From positions 733 to 64,732 of the forward strand of contig CAMOTL010000003.1 of the NCBI GenBank assembly GCA_946625725.1: 64,000 nucleotides of DNA. Reading direction: 5' to 3'. The stretch comes from an uncultured Treponema sp. (GTDB lineage Bacteria; Spirochaetota; Spirochaetia; Treponematales; Treponemataceae). Made by a program: the position numbers and the translations under genes. Below the pieces are notes generated by a model. The model had not been told where the DNA came from. It saw only the letters and a program-made list of their open reading frames with translations, and made no database searches. This document shows, piece by piece, positions 1 to 9,717 of the stretch; the stretch's first letter is position 1; each line of letters begins with the position of its first letter.

Positions 1-2
1 AG

Positions 3-740
3 CTGGGTGTACTGCCTGTTAACGTTGCCGCAAAGGCATTCAATTCAAGTAAGGCTATTACTGCTGTTGCTGTCATCGGTTACGGAAATGTTTACCTGAT
101 TACAACTGATTCAAACTACAAATCCCTTGCTGACCTTAAAGGAAAATCTGTTGCTGTGGCAGGCCAGGGTGCAACTCCTGACTATATGTTCCGGTACATT
201 CTTGATAAAAACGGTCTGAAGGCCGGCGATGATGCTGACTGTGTAAAACTTGACTATTCAACTCCTAATGCGGAACTTGCAGCGGCCGTTATTTCGGGAA
301 AATTCCAGTACGCTGTGGTTCCTGAGCCTTTTGCAACTGTTGCAACTTCAAAGACTGCATCTGTAAAACGTGCCCTCAACCTTTCAGACGAATACGGCAG
401 ATTCAATAACGGAAAAAATTATCCCCTTTCACTTCTTGTTGCAAACGCAAAATTTGCTTCAGAAAACAAGGATGTTGTAAACGCTTACGTCGATGCTTAC
501 GCTCAGGCTGTTGAATGGACTAACGCAAACCCGAACAAGGCCGGCGTTCTCGTTCAGAAAAATACATTGGGTCTTATGGCTCCTGTTGCCGCCAAAGCAA
601 TTCCAAACTGTGCATTTGTATGCAAAGACATTGCAGGGGAGCGACAGTCTATCGAAGACTTTTTGAATATTTACCTTTCTTTTGCACCTCAGGCAATTGG
701 CGGTAAATTACCATCTGATGAATTTTATTACTCGCGTTAA
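3..740 (+). CDS. ABC transporter substrate-binding protein, NitT/TauT (SsuA/THI5-like) family; 5' end lies outside the window
   Basis: The frame of ORF 156..740 stays open to position 3 (LGVLPVNVAAKAF...DLKGKSVAVAGQGATP). DLKGKxVAV and PEPF motifs present. Followed by permease/ATPase. Confidence 0.85.
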   Translation: MGVLPVNVAAKAFNSSKAITAVAVIGYGNVYLITTDSNYKSLADLKGKSVAVAGQGATPDYMFRYILDKNGLKAGDDADCVKLDYSTPNAELAAAVISGKFQYAVVPEPFATVATSKTASVKRALNLSDEYGRFNNGKNYPLSLLVANAKFASENKDVVNAYVDAYAQAVEWTNANPNKAGVLVQKNTLGLMAPVAAKAIPNCAFVCKDIAGERQSIEDFLNIYLSFAPQAIGGKLPSDEFYYSR

Positions 741-2243
741 TTGAATTTAAAACGAATTAAACCCGCAGTATTTTTTATTCTTTCTCTGCTCATAATTCTT
801 TTTATCTGGCAGGCATTAAGTTACCTCGTAAACAGTGAACTTATCCTGCCGGACTTTTTTGCCGTGGCAGAAAGTTTTGCCACTCTTTTTACGGATAAAA
901 CTTTTTATCTTGCCCTGGTTGCAAGCTTTTGCCGTGTTCTTGCAGCATTTTTCCTGTCCGCAGCGGTCGGCCTTGTCCTGGGTATTTTGTGCGGACTGTC
1001 ACCTGCGATTCAACAGCTGCTGAGTTTTCCGATTTCATTTATCCGCTCGACGCCGGTTGTTTCCCTGATTTTAATTGCGGTCTTCTGGTTCCGCACAACT
1101 ACGATTCCGGTGTTTGCGGCTTTTCTGATGGCAGTTCCCGTAATCATAAGCTCTGTGAGTCAGGGCATTTTAAATACAAGCCAAAAACTCCTGGACATGG
1201 CTCAGGTCTATGGATTTTCTAAAAAACAGAAACTTTTATACATCTATTTTGAAAGCCTACGGCCGTTTTTTACCGGAAGCCTGATTTCTTCCTTCGGAAT
1301 GTGCTGGAAGGTTGTTGCAGCGGGTGAAGTTCTCGTGTTTCCCCGGGAGGGCCTTGGAACGCTACTTCAGAGTGCGCGCATTCACCTTGAAACTCAGAGG
1401 GTCATGGCTTTAACCGCCTGCATTGTTGTTTTGAGCTTTATCTTTGAAAGAATCCTTTCATTCCTGTTAAGTCACATTCATTTTTCATCAGCGCAAATTC
1501 ACGGACGCACCGGTAATTTAATTCAACATGGACAAGCCGGTGAGCCTCAGTGCCCGTCAATAACTGTTAAAAATCTTTTTATGGAACGAGGCGGAAAGGT
1601 TTTGTACCGCGGCTTTGAAACACGCTTTGAAAGTGCTTCTGTTACGGCCCTAATTGCTTCCAGCGGAACCGGTAAAACATCTCTCCTGGACTATATAAGT
1701 TCAATTTTGAAAGCGGACGACAAAATCAGCGGCACTGTGGAATTTGACAGAATGCCTGAGATTGCATATATCTTTCAGGACGGAAGGCTTCTTGAAAACC
1801 TGACTGTGCTTCAGAACGTAATGATTCCGCTGGTAAACCGGTTTGACGAAAAAAGCGCGGAAAAACGTGCACGGACCTTTATAAATAAGTGCGGCCTAAC
1901 AGAAAAAGCACACAGCCCGGTCAAAAGCTTGAGCGGCGGACAAAAGCAGAGGGCCTGCCTTGCCCGGGCCTTTGCTTACGGCTGTAACATTCTGCTCATG
2001 GACGAGCCCTTTAATTCCCTTGATTTACCGTCAAAAATAAATCTGATTCAATTATTAAAAAAACTTCTCAAAGATGACCCTAAAACCGTCATTTTTGTAA
2101 GCCACAATATCAGGGAAATTTCCCTTCTCTGCGACAGGGTTAAAGTTCTTTCAGGCTCCCCGCTGACACAAAAGGTGAATTCAGATATCGGTGAATTCAA
2201 CACTCCTGACGCCCTTGAAAGGGCTGTTTTACAAAACCTTTAG
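741..2243 (+). CDS. Fused NitT/TauT ABC permease + ATP-binding protein
   Basis: Hydrophobic N-terminal half with RSTP and EAA-like loop. C-terminal half has Walker A (SSGTGKT), LSGGQ and Walker B (LLMDEPF). TTG start directly follows the upstream TAA. Confidence 0.85.
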   Translation: MNLKRIKPAVFFILSLLIILFIWQALSYLVNSELILPDFFAVAESFATLFTDKTFYLALVASFCRVLAAFFLSAAVGLVLGILCGLSPAIQQLLSFPISFIRSTPVVSLILIAVFWFRTTTIPVFAAFLMAVPVIISSVSQGILNTSQKLLDMAQVYGFSKKQKLLYIYFESLRPFFTGSLISSFGMCWKVVAAGEVLVFPREGLGTLLQSARIHLETQRVMALTACIVVLSFIFERILSFLLSHIHFSSAQIHGRTGNLIQHGQAGEPQCPSITVKNLFMERGGKVLYRGFETRFESASVTALIASSGTGKTSLLDYISSILKADDKISGTVEFDRMPEIAYIFQDGRLLENLTVLQNVMIPLVNRFDEKSAEKRARTFINKCGLTEKAHSPVKSLSGGQKQRACLARAFAYGCNILLMDEPFNSLDLPSKINLIQLLKKLLKDDPKTVIFVSHNIREISLLCDRVKVLSGSPLTQKVNSDIGEFNTPDALERAVLQNL

Positions 2244-2253
2244 TCCTCTTTTG

Positions 2254-2282
2254 TTGTAAAAATGCGCATTGTGCGGTAAAAT
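2254..2282 (+). promoter_or_regulatory. Putative sigma70 promoter of the phosphoribosyltransferase gene
   Basis: TTGTAA (2254-2259), 17 nt, TAAAAT (2277-2282); AAGGA SD before ATG 2304. Confidence 0.5.
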
Positions 2283-2303
2283 AATAAAAATAAGGACAAC
2301 AAT

Positions 2304-2906
2304 ATGATTAAAGAATTCTTACCATACGATCAGGTTCGTAACGACGCAATTAAACTTGGACACAAAATTTTGCAGGAAGGATTTGTTCCTGACATCATTT
2401 ATTCTTCCCTTCGCGGCGGAGCCTACATGTCAAATGTTATCAGCGAGTATTTTAAACTTGCACTCAAGGACAAAAAGCCTGTTCTGTATGCGGCAGTTGT
2501 TGCCCGCTCCTATACTGACGTTCAGCAGCATGATGCCATCAGGATTGACGGATGGACATACAGCCCTGAGTATCTGCGTCCGGGAGACAAAATCCTCCTG
2601 GTAGACGATATTTATGACTCAGGCCGCACCTTGAACTACCTGGTTGAAGTTCTTCTTCAGAAGGGAATTCCACGCTCTGACATCAAGGTTGTAGTTCATG
2701 ACTTTAAGAACTTTACCTTTAAAAAAACTCTTCCAATCAAACCAGACTACTGGTGCCGTAAATTTGACATTACAAAACCGGAAGAAGACCGATGGATTCA
2801 TTACATGAGCCACGAACTTGTGGGTTTGAAAAAAGAAGAACTGGAAGAATACTATTACAAACAGGACGAAGAACTCCGCGGCATTCTTGGACCGTTCTTT
2901 AAGTAA
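2304..2906 (+). CDS. Type I phosphoribosyltransferase (xanthine/hypoxanthine PRT-like)
   Basis: PRPP-binding motif ILLVDDIYDSGRTL; LRGG near the N-terminus. Confidence 0.85.
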   Translation: MIKEFLPYDQVRNDAIKLGHKILQEGFVPDIIYSSLRGGAYMSNVISEYFKLALKDKKPVLYAAVVARSYTDVQQHDAIRIDGWTYSPEYLRPGDKILLVDDIYDSGRTLNYLVEVLLQKGIPRSDIKVVVHDFKNFTFKKTLPIKPDYWCRKFDITKPEEDRWIHYMSHELVGLKKEELEEYYYKQDEELRGILGPFFK

Positions 2907-2927
2907 TGCATTGACAGAGAGATTTTT

Positions 2928-5027
2928 ATGATAAAAAAGTTACTGATTGCTGTTTTAGCTTCCTTTTTAACCTCTGCAGTTTCTGCCCAGAGAATCATTT
3001 CTCCGGTTGCAGGAAACTTTTCCAACAAACAGACTCTTGTACTTGATACAAGCGACGGGGCAGAGTGTTTTTATTCATTTACGGGAAGCGATCCTTTAAC
3101 TTCGGGTTTTGCATACGACGGCCCGGTTTTAATTGATACAATCGGACGCGTAACTGTCAGAGTTGCAGTTGTTTTTGGTGAAAACCATTCGGAAGAAGCG
3201 GAAGTTATTTTTAATGTTCAGGAAAACAACCCTTATAACGAAGACTCCGAAGAAAGTTATTTTATCAAAAATGTAGCAAACAAAGGAATTTTCACATACA
3301 CAGAAGACAATCCCTTAAAGATTCCCGCTTCGTTTTCCTACTCCCTGGGTGACGGAGAAAAACCTCAGATGCCGGGCAAAACCCTTACAATGGACAGCGC
3401 AAACGTTTTGTCACGTTTTGTAAGCTGTAGCGTAGCTGAAGGAAACAACTTGTGGCGCTTTGTAATCTTTGTTCCTGGCGGTGAAGTTGGAGTTTTGTCA
3501 AAGCAGTCAGTTCCTTTTAAAATCCAGGACTGGAACACTTTTATCTTTGAAGGCGAAAAATTAATCTATTCAATTGACGGCGGAGAATGGTCGGCATCTA
3601 AAGTGCCTGTAACTCTGGACCGTTCCTTAAAACACAAGATTTCATGGCAGTCGGTTGCCTACGAAAAGGGAAATCCGGTGCACAACTTTGTTCTTCCGGT
3701 TGAACCTAAACTTGTTTCTTCAAAAAACAGCCGCGGTGCCGCAACATTCAGAATTGACGGAGACGTACGCTACAGAATGAGCGTCGTATCTTCAAACGCA
3801 GCCGGTACAAATTCAACAAACAAGGGACTTATTTCAAGCGCAGTCTTTGACACCTTTGAAGGTGACAATATCTGCGGAGAAGCCGTATTTGAACTTTTCT
3901 GTGACGGTGTAAGCCAGGGCTTAAAGCGCGCCTACTACGAAGTTGACAGGCAGCCGCCGCTTCCTCCAAAGTTTAATCCGTCCAACAAGGGCTTTTACTC
4001 TCGGGGCAAGGTTGAACTTAAAATCAGCAGCGAGCGCGACACTCAGATTTCCTATTCAATCAGTGCTCCGCTTAAAGTAAATGATTCTGACTTTGAAGTA
4101 CGCTCGGCGGAACTGGATAAGATTCAGACCGGAAGTTTTGTTCCGTACAATGATACAATAACACTTTTGAGCAACAGTGAAGCTCCTGTTTTTTACAAGG
4201 TAAAGGCCTTTGCAAAAGACAAGGCAGGCAACACAAGCCTCATGAGCGAGTACCGCGTAATCATTGATGAATTCAATTATTACCTGGACTCAAGTGCAAC
4301 TTCCATGTCACCTGACGGAAGCCGCAAAAATCCTTTCAATTCATTTGAGCAGGCTGTCGGCATTATCAACCAGGGACGCTTTGCCCACTTCTTTGTAAAG
4401 GGTGAATTTACACTTCCTTCAAAGGAGATTCTGATTAATTCAAACTGTGCTTTTACGGCAGTCGCTGAAAGCACAATTATAATTCCGCCTCAGGGAAGCA
4501 TTCTGCTGCGCGGGGCAAGCCTTGAAGCACACAATCTGATAATTCAGAAAGAAAGAAGCCAGGCTTTTAATTCAAATACAAAGATGGTTACCCTGGAAAA
4601 CGCAACTGCAAGTTTTTATGACTGTGAAATTCTTTCCCTCTTTGATGAATCTGGAACTGCCTTCTCGGCACTTAATTCGGTAATTGAACTTGATTCCACC
4701 GGGCTCACGGGACAGGCTGATTCATACATTTGTGCGGTAAGCGGCCAGGATTCAAAAGTATTCTGTAAAAACGGACGCGTTTCATGTGTGGCTCAGACAG
4801 CAGTAAACTTTAGCGTAAACGGCGGTTTGTTCGAGTGCCGTTCATCGAGCCTCAGAGTAACGGCTCATCTTGGCCGGATTGCAGAACTGTCTGGAACAAA
4901 CTCTCGCATGACTGACAATGAAATGACCGGAACCTTTGAAAAGAAGGTCAGGGGAGTTGTACCGGTCTGGTCTGACAGAGACACCTTGATTCTCGAAGAT
5001 AAAAATAATTCAAGTACGGGCTTTTAA
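2928..5027 (+). CDS. Exported multidomain hypothetical protein (chitobiase-C/Fn3-like modules plus C-terminal beta-helix-like region)
   Basis: Signal peptide MIKKLLIAVLASFLTSAVSA; FYSFTGSDP and YKVKAFAKDKAGNTS Ig/Fn3-like motifs; DGSRKNPFNSFEQAV motif. Confidence 0.6.
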   Translation: MIKKLLIAVLASFLTSAVSAQRIISPVAGNFSNKQTLVLDTSDGAECFYSFTGSDPLTSGFAYDGPVLIDTIGRVTVRVAVVFGENHSEEAEVIFNVQENNPYNEDSEESYFIKNVANKGIFTYTEDNPLKIPASFSYSLGDGEKPQMPGKTLTMDSANVLSRFVSCSVAEGNNLWRFVIFVPGGEVGVLSKQSVPFKIQDWNTFIFEGEKLIYSIDGGEWSASKVPVTLDRSLKHKISWQSVAYEKGNPVHNFVLPVEPKLVSSKNSRGAATFRIDGDVRYRMSVVSSNAAGTNSTNKGLISSAVFDTFEGDNICGEAVFELFCDGVSQGLKRAYYEVDRQPPLPPKFNPSNKGFYSRGKVELKISSERDTQISYSISAPLKVNDSDFEVRSAELDKIQTGSFVPYNDTITLLSNSEAPVFYKVKAFAKDKAGNTSLMSEYRVIIDEFNYYLDSSATSMSPDGSRKNPFNSFEQAVGIINQGRFAHFFVKGEFTLPSKEILINSNCAFTAVAESTIIIPPQGSILLRGASLEAHNLIIQKERSQAFNSNTKMVTLENATASFYDCEILSLFDESGTAFSALNSVIELDSTGLTGQADSYICAVSGQDSKVFCKNGRVSCVAQTAVNFSVNGGLFECRSSSLRVTAHLGRIAELSGTNSRMTDNEMTGTFEKKVRGVVPVWSDRDTLILEDKNNSSTGF

Positions 5028-5620
5028 TGAACTTAATCTGTGGACTTGATGAAGCAGGGCGCGGACCTCTTGCGGGCCCTGTCGTTGCAGGCTGTGTAAT
5101 TTTGCCGGAAAACTTTCCTGTAGAAATCTTGAACGATTCAAAAAAACTTTCGGAAAAAAAACGGGTCGCAGCAGAAAAAATAATTAAAGAAAAGACCTGC
5201 TGGGGAATCGGCATTATTGACCACGAAACAATCGATAAAATCAACATCCTTCAGGCAAGCATGCAGGCAATGAAAAATGCATATGAAATGATGATGATAA
5301 AACTTCCGGGGTGGCTTAAAGAAAATAAAATGAAGTTCAACCCTGAAGACATTGTTTTGCAAGCCATCACCGACGGAACTACATGCCCGCCCGTTTCATG
5401 CCCGGTTCGGGCTGAGCCAAAGGCCGACGGCAAGTATCCCTGTGTTATGGCAGCAAGTATTCTTGCAAAAGTGTGCCGTGACAACATGATGGTCGAATAC
5501 GACAAACTCTACCCGCAGTACGGATACGCAAAACACAAGGGCTATCCCACACCTGCCCATAAAAAAATATGCCGCGAGATCGGACCAAGTCCAATCCAGC
5601 GGCTTACTTTCAGTTACTGA
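5027..5620 (+). CDS. rnhB: Ribonuclease HII
   Basis: GLDEAGRGPLAGPV, DSKKLS, AASILAKV and HKGYPT motifs; start overlaps the upstream stop (TAATG). Confidence 0.96.
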   Translation: MNLICGLDEAGRGPLAGPVVAGCVILPENFPVEILNDSKKLSEKKRVAAEKIIKEKTCWGIGIIDHETIDKINILQASMQAMKNAYEMMMIKLPGWLKENKMKFNPEDIVLQAITDGTTCPPVSCPVRAEPKADGKYPCVMAASILAKVCRDNMMVEYDKLYPQYGYAKHKGYPTPAHKKICREIGPSPIQRLTFSY

Positions 5621-6024
5621 TTGTCGTCTGCGGCAGGCTTTGATTTGATGTGAATCACTTTGCCTGTGCGTTTGATTCCGTCAGGTTTGCGTTTGTCATC
5701 ATCACCTTTTTTGCGGTAGATGCGCTTTTCAGAACCTGCTCCGTATTTTGCGTCCTTTGCAGCTTTCTTTTCTGCCCGGGCTTTTTTACGGTTTTTCTGT
5801 TCTTTATCGATAAATTTGAGGGCTGTATCAAGTCCGCCCAGAACTTTCTGCATGTCTTCTGCAAAAATTGCAATCTGGTGACGGTCAAAATCTGCTCCGT
5901 CGCCTTTTTTACTCTCTACAATCTGGAGAAAAACATCACCGGTACGGTTTTCTTTTACGTTGAAAAAATACGAACGGTTTTCCAAAACTACTTCTGTTGT
6001 ATAAAGTTCACCGCGAATTCCCAT
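5614..6024 (-). CDS. PUR/DUF3276-like nucleic-acid-binding protein
   Basis: RSYFFNVKENRTGDVFLQIVESK...RHQIAIF resembles the PUR repeat; Lys-rich tail; AAGGA SD; 7-nt convergent overlap with rnhB. Confidence 0.75.
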   Translation of the reverse strand: MGIRGELYTTEVVLENRSYFFNVKENRTGDVFLQIVESKKGDGADFDRHQIAIFAEDMQKVLGGLDTALKFIDKEQKNRKKARAEKKAAKDAKYGAGSEKRIYRKKGDDDKRKPDGIKRTGKVIHIKSKPAADDNQ

Positions 6025-6099
6025 ATTATCCTTCCTTAAAAATGTAATATGATTTTATAAAAACTTTTGTGTGCGAAGTTTACTATACTTGTATTTGAA

Positions 6100-7281
6100 C
6101 TAAATTTCAAGGGAAAAATCTCTGCATACTTCAAGTACAGCGTTAAAAAGTGCGTCCAGATCCCGCTCAGAAGTTTCCCTGCCAAAACTGAATCGTACTG
6201 CGGTTTCCTGCAAATCTCCCCGAACTCCCATTGCGCTTAAAATCGGGCGGGACTGCTTTTTTGCCGAGCACGCACTTCCGGTAGAAATGCTGAATCCTTT
6301 GCTGTCCAGTGCCCGGACCATCACATTTCCTGGAATTCCTTTAAATGCTGCCTGCACCACATACGGACTGAATTTATCAAGATTATCTTTGTCCGTTCTA
6401 CATTCCGGAATCAAAGTGCAGTCTCTGATTGAATTTAATTTTGTTACAAAATCAAAGGATTTCTGCTGTTCATCAGCTGTCTTTTCATTTTTTTTGATAA
6501 AGTATTTTGAAAGACATTTTGAAAAGGCCAGTGCACCAAAAAGGTTTTCGGTGCCGCTCCTGACAGATTTTTCCTGTCCGCCTCCCAGCAGAAACGGTTT
6601 AATCGGACGGCGGAGGACCAGGATGCCGATTCCCCGCGGTCCGCGAAGCTTGTGGGCGCTTAAGGCTGCGCTGTCGATGCCCGGATAATTTAAATCCAGC
6701 GGAATTTTTCCTGCAGCCTGCACGCAGTCTACATGAAAGTGCGGGCGGCGCTTTCCTTTGCTTGCTCTGGTGATTGCGTCAGAAATTGCATAAATATCCT
6801 GTACACAGCCTGTTTCGTTATTGACCGCCATTACCGTTACATAGACTGTATCCGGAGTAATTTTTGCGGCAACTGAGTCCGGATCAATAAAACCGCTGTT
6901 GTCGGGATTGATGGATTCAACTGTAAAACCTGCTTTTTTTAAGGCATGGGCCTGCTCGCGGATTGCAGGGTGTTCAATTGAACTTATCAGGATTTTTCCG
7001 CGCCTGCCTTCTGAGTCCGGTTCACGGTTTAATAGCGCAAGCAGTGGAATCTGGTCGCTTTCCGTGCCGCCTGATGTAAAATAAACTTCTTCTGCTTTAA
7101 CACCGATTGCGCTTGCACATTCAGCGCGGGCTTTTTCAAAAATATCCCGGGCCTTTTTTCCTTCGCTGTGATTTGCTGATGGATTTGCAAAGTTTGCGCA
7201 GGCTTCCCTTAGTGAGTCCTGTAAAATTTCTTCGTCTGACGGCGTGGTTGCGGCCCAGTCAAAATATTTTGAAAAATCCAT
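6100..7281 (-). CDS. iscS: Cysteine desulfurase, group I (IscS/NifS-like)
   Basis: TSGGTES, HVDCVQAAGK, SAHK (PLP lysine), RSGTEN and STGSACS (catalytic Cys). Confidence 0.9.
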   Translation of the reverse strand: MDFSKYFDWAATTPSDEEILQDSLREACANFANPSANHSEGKKARDIFEKARAECASAIGVKAEEVYFTSGGTESDQIPLLALLNREPDSEGRRGKILISSIEHPAIREQAHALKKAGFTVESINPDNSGFIDPDSVAAKITPDTVYVTVMAVNNETGCVQDIYAISDAITRASKGKRRPHFHVDCVQAAGKIPLDLNYPGIDSAALSAHKLRGPRGIGILVLRRPIKPFLLGGGQEKSVRSGTENLFGALAFSKCLSKYFIKKNEKTADEQQKSFDFVTKLNSIRDCTLIPECRTDKDNLDKFSPYVVQAAFKGIPGNVMVRALDSKGFSISTGSACSAKKQSRPILSAMGVRGDLQETAVRFSFGRETSERDLDALFNAVLEVCRDFSLEI

Positions 7282-7286
7282 GATTT

Positions 7287-8471
7287 TTATTCCTCAAGCA
7301 CTGCGAGAACTTCTTTTCCGTCAACTTCCGTGATTACTGTCTCGCCGATATCTTCCTGTAAAACAAATCTGACTTTGTCTGTCGCATTCTTTTTGTCTTT
7401 TTTCATTGCGTCAAAGAGAACTTTTGCCGCTTCCCGTGAATCAGGATATTTATTTTTGATTGCACTGTGGAGCGGGGAAGTTTCCCAGCCAAAATCTGCA
7501 AGAGTCTTTAATACTTTGTCCCTGTAGGCGCTTGTACAGATTCCCAGACGCTTTGAAAGTTCTGCGGCCCGTGCCATACCCCAGGCAACTGCGTCTCCGT
7601 GAGTTACAACTCCAAGGCCGGAACATGTTTCCAGGGCGTGTCCGAATGTGTGACCCAGGTTCAGCTGCATGCGGATGTTTTTTTCTGTCAGGTCCTGTTC
7701 AACAACTGCGGCCTTTGCATTTACGCAGACCTTAATCATTTTTTCTACGAGAGGATCTTTTCTGTCCTTGAGAATCTGTGGTTTTGCTGACAGTTCTTCA
7801 AAAAGTTCCTTTGAGTAAAGCATTGCGGTTTTAACCACTTCTGCCATTCCGCTTTTGTATTCGTGGTCAGGTAGTGTCTGGATAAACGATGGAATTATGT
7901 GAATTTTCTGTGCCGGAAAGAATGAACCGATCATGTTTTTGTAGCTGTCAAAGTCACAGCCGGTTTTTCCTCCCACGGCTGCATCTACCATGCTCAAAAG
8001 TGTTGTGGGTACCAGTTCGCATCGGGCTCCCCGTTTAAAAATTGATGCGGCAAAGGCTGTCATGTCGGTAATAACTCCGCCGCCGATTCCGATAAAAACG
8101 GTGTCGCGCTTGGCATTGGTCTCTACGGCAACACGGCAGATATTCAATACGCTTTCGATTGTCTTGTAAGGTTCTCCGCTGCCAAGAATCAAAAGAATGT
8201 CTTTGCCGCGGCGGCCTGTGTAGCCTTCCTTAATCTGTGGTTTTGAATAGTCGCTTCCACGGAAAAAGTCGATGAAGGAATGCATTTCTTTTATTGAAGC
8301 AACATTTGTGTCTGTGACAAAAATGCGCTGGGGTATATTGTCTGCAACCGTCGGATAAAAAATTGAATTTAAATCCGGCTGTCCGCTGTAAAATCTTATA
8401 AATGTTCTGTCTGTCCCCGGGTGTACCGGCGGATAGGCGATGTCTTTTTCTTCAAACTCCATAATATCCAA
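7287..8471 (-). CDS. aroB: 3-dehydroquinate synthase
   Basis: GIGGGVITD, PTTLLSMVDAAVGGKTG, LNLGHTFGHALE, HGDAVAWG, DKK. Confidence 0.95.
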   Translation of the reverse strand: MDIMEFEEKDIAYPPVHPGTDRTFIRFYSGQPDLNSIFYPTVADNIPQRIFVTDTNVASIKEMHSFIDFFRGSDYSKPQIKEGYTGRRGKDILLILGSGEPYKTIESVLNICRVAVETNAKRDTVFIGIGGGVITDMTAFAASIFKRGARCELVPTTLLSMVDAAVGGKTGCDFDSYKNMIGSFFPAQKIHIIPSFIQTLPDHEYKSGMAEVVKTAMLYSKELFEELSAKPQILKDRKDPLVEKMIKVCVNAKAAVVEQDLTEKNIRMQLNLGHTFGHALETCSGLGVVTHGDAVAWGMARAAELSKRLGICTSAYRDKVLKTLADFGWETSPLHSAIKNKYPDSREAAKVLFDAMKKDKKNATDKVRFVLQEDIGETVITEVDGKEVLAVLEE

Positions 8472-8546
8472 TTTTACTGAAAAACAGATTTTTATACAAA
8501 TAAAATATGATAATTCAGTTTAGCTAAAGCCTTTTTGGCAGATTTA

Positions 8547-8555
8547 TGTTATAAT
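8547..8555 (+). promoter_or_regulatory. Putative extended -10 promoter of the FIST-MCP pair
   Basis: TGTTATAAT (TGn-TATAAT), 20 nt upstream of ATG 8576. Confidence 0.5.
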
Positions 8556-8575
8556 TGTGGAATAAGAGGGAAAAA

Positions 8576-9715
8576 ATGGAACAGGAAGTTGTTACTTCGC
8601 GTAGCCCAGATGTTCAGTCAGCTGTTTCGGAACTTTGTTCTAAGCTAAAGAGAGACTTATCATCTTACAACGCAGTTTTTTTTATGGCTGCCATTAATTA
8701 TGATTTTGACAGCCTTTCAGTTGCGCTCCAGGAAAAATTTCCTAAGGCGCAGATTATCGGTTCAAGTACAGCAGGAGAAATCACTCCCCAGGGCTTTACC
8801 GAAAACTCAGTGGTTTTAACTACAATGTATGCACCGGATACAAGGGTGAGCGCAGTTCTTGTAGAAAACGGAAGCAAATATCCGGTTTCCTGCAAGGCTA
8901 AGATTGAACAGGCGCTTTCAAACGCCGGAATCCGCTGCAACGACAGGGATTCTCATAAGGATGCCTTTGCAATTGCCTTTATCAATGGTGTTTTTAATGC
9001 TGAAGAAACCATTCTTACAAACTTTTATTCAATAATCAAAAACGATAACTTTAAACTTGCAGGCGGAACCGCAGGCTTTACCGGAAACACAGCTAAAACT
9101 TTTGTATGCTGTAACGGAAAAACTACTCAGGACGGCGCCGCAATGATGTTTGTAAAAACACGCTCTAAGTTTGATATCCGTCAGGAAGATATTTTTAACC
9201 CGACGGGAAAAACTTTCTTTGTAGGTTCTTCTGACCCGGTTAACCGTGTTATCAATTCCCTGGACGGCAAGACTCCGAAGGCCGCTTATGCCCAGAAACT
9301 GGGTGTTTCTGAAAGCCAGGCTGAAGGAATGACTTTTGAAAACCCCTTCGGACGCTTTTTGAACGGAGCAGAACACATCGCCGCTCTTGCAGGCTTTACT
9401 CCGGAAGGCAAAATCACAACTTTTGCCCGGGTTGTGCCTAATTCAACCCTGGAACTTATGCATATCGGTGACCCTTTGCAGAAAGCAGACGAAACCTGCC
9501 GCCTGATTAAGGAAAGCGTTCCTAATCCGAAGTTTGTTCTTTTGATGACCTGTATTACCCGCACAGTTGCCTTTGCAAACATGGGAATCAGCCGCAAAAT
9601 CATCGACAAATACAATGCAGCATTCCCCACATTTGCGGGCTTTTCATGCTACGGCGAGCAGCTTGGCCGCATTCACTGTAACCAGACACTTGTTGCACTT
9701 GTAATCGGAGACTAA
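8576..9715 (+). CDS. FIST (NosP-like) sensory domain protein
   Basis: [22 protein letters not shown]-like [12 protein letters not shown] and NQTLVAL motifs of FIST-N/FIST-C. ATG 8576 after GAGGG preferred over TTG 8555. Confidence 0.88.
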   Translation: MEQEVVTSRSPDVQSAVSELCSKLKRDLSSYNAVFFMAAINYDFDSLSVALQEKFPKAQIIGSSTAGEITPQGFTENSVVLTTMYAPDTRVSAVLVENGSKYPVSCKAKIEQALSNAGIRCNDRDSHKDAFAIAFINGVFNAEETILTNFYSIIKNDNFKLAGGTAGFTGNTAKTFVCCNGKTTQDGAAMMFVKTRSKFDIRQEDIFNPTGKTFFVGSSDPVNRVINSLDGKTPKAAYAQKLGVSESQAEGMTFENPFGRFLNGAEHIAALAGFTPEGKITTFARVVPNSTLELMHIGDPLQKADETCRLIKESVPNPKFVLLMTCITRTVAFANMGISRKIIDKYNAAFPTFAGFSCYGEQLGRIHCNQTLVALVIGD

Positions 9716-9717
9716 TT

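Noticed and set aside
2911-2916. Perfect TTGACA
   Set aside because: Only 11 nt before the ATG; a matching -10 would fall inside the CDS.
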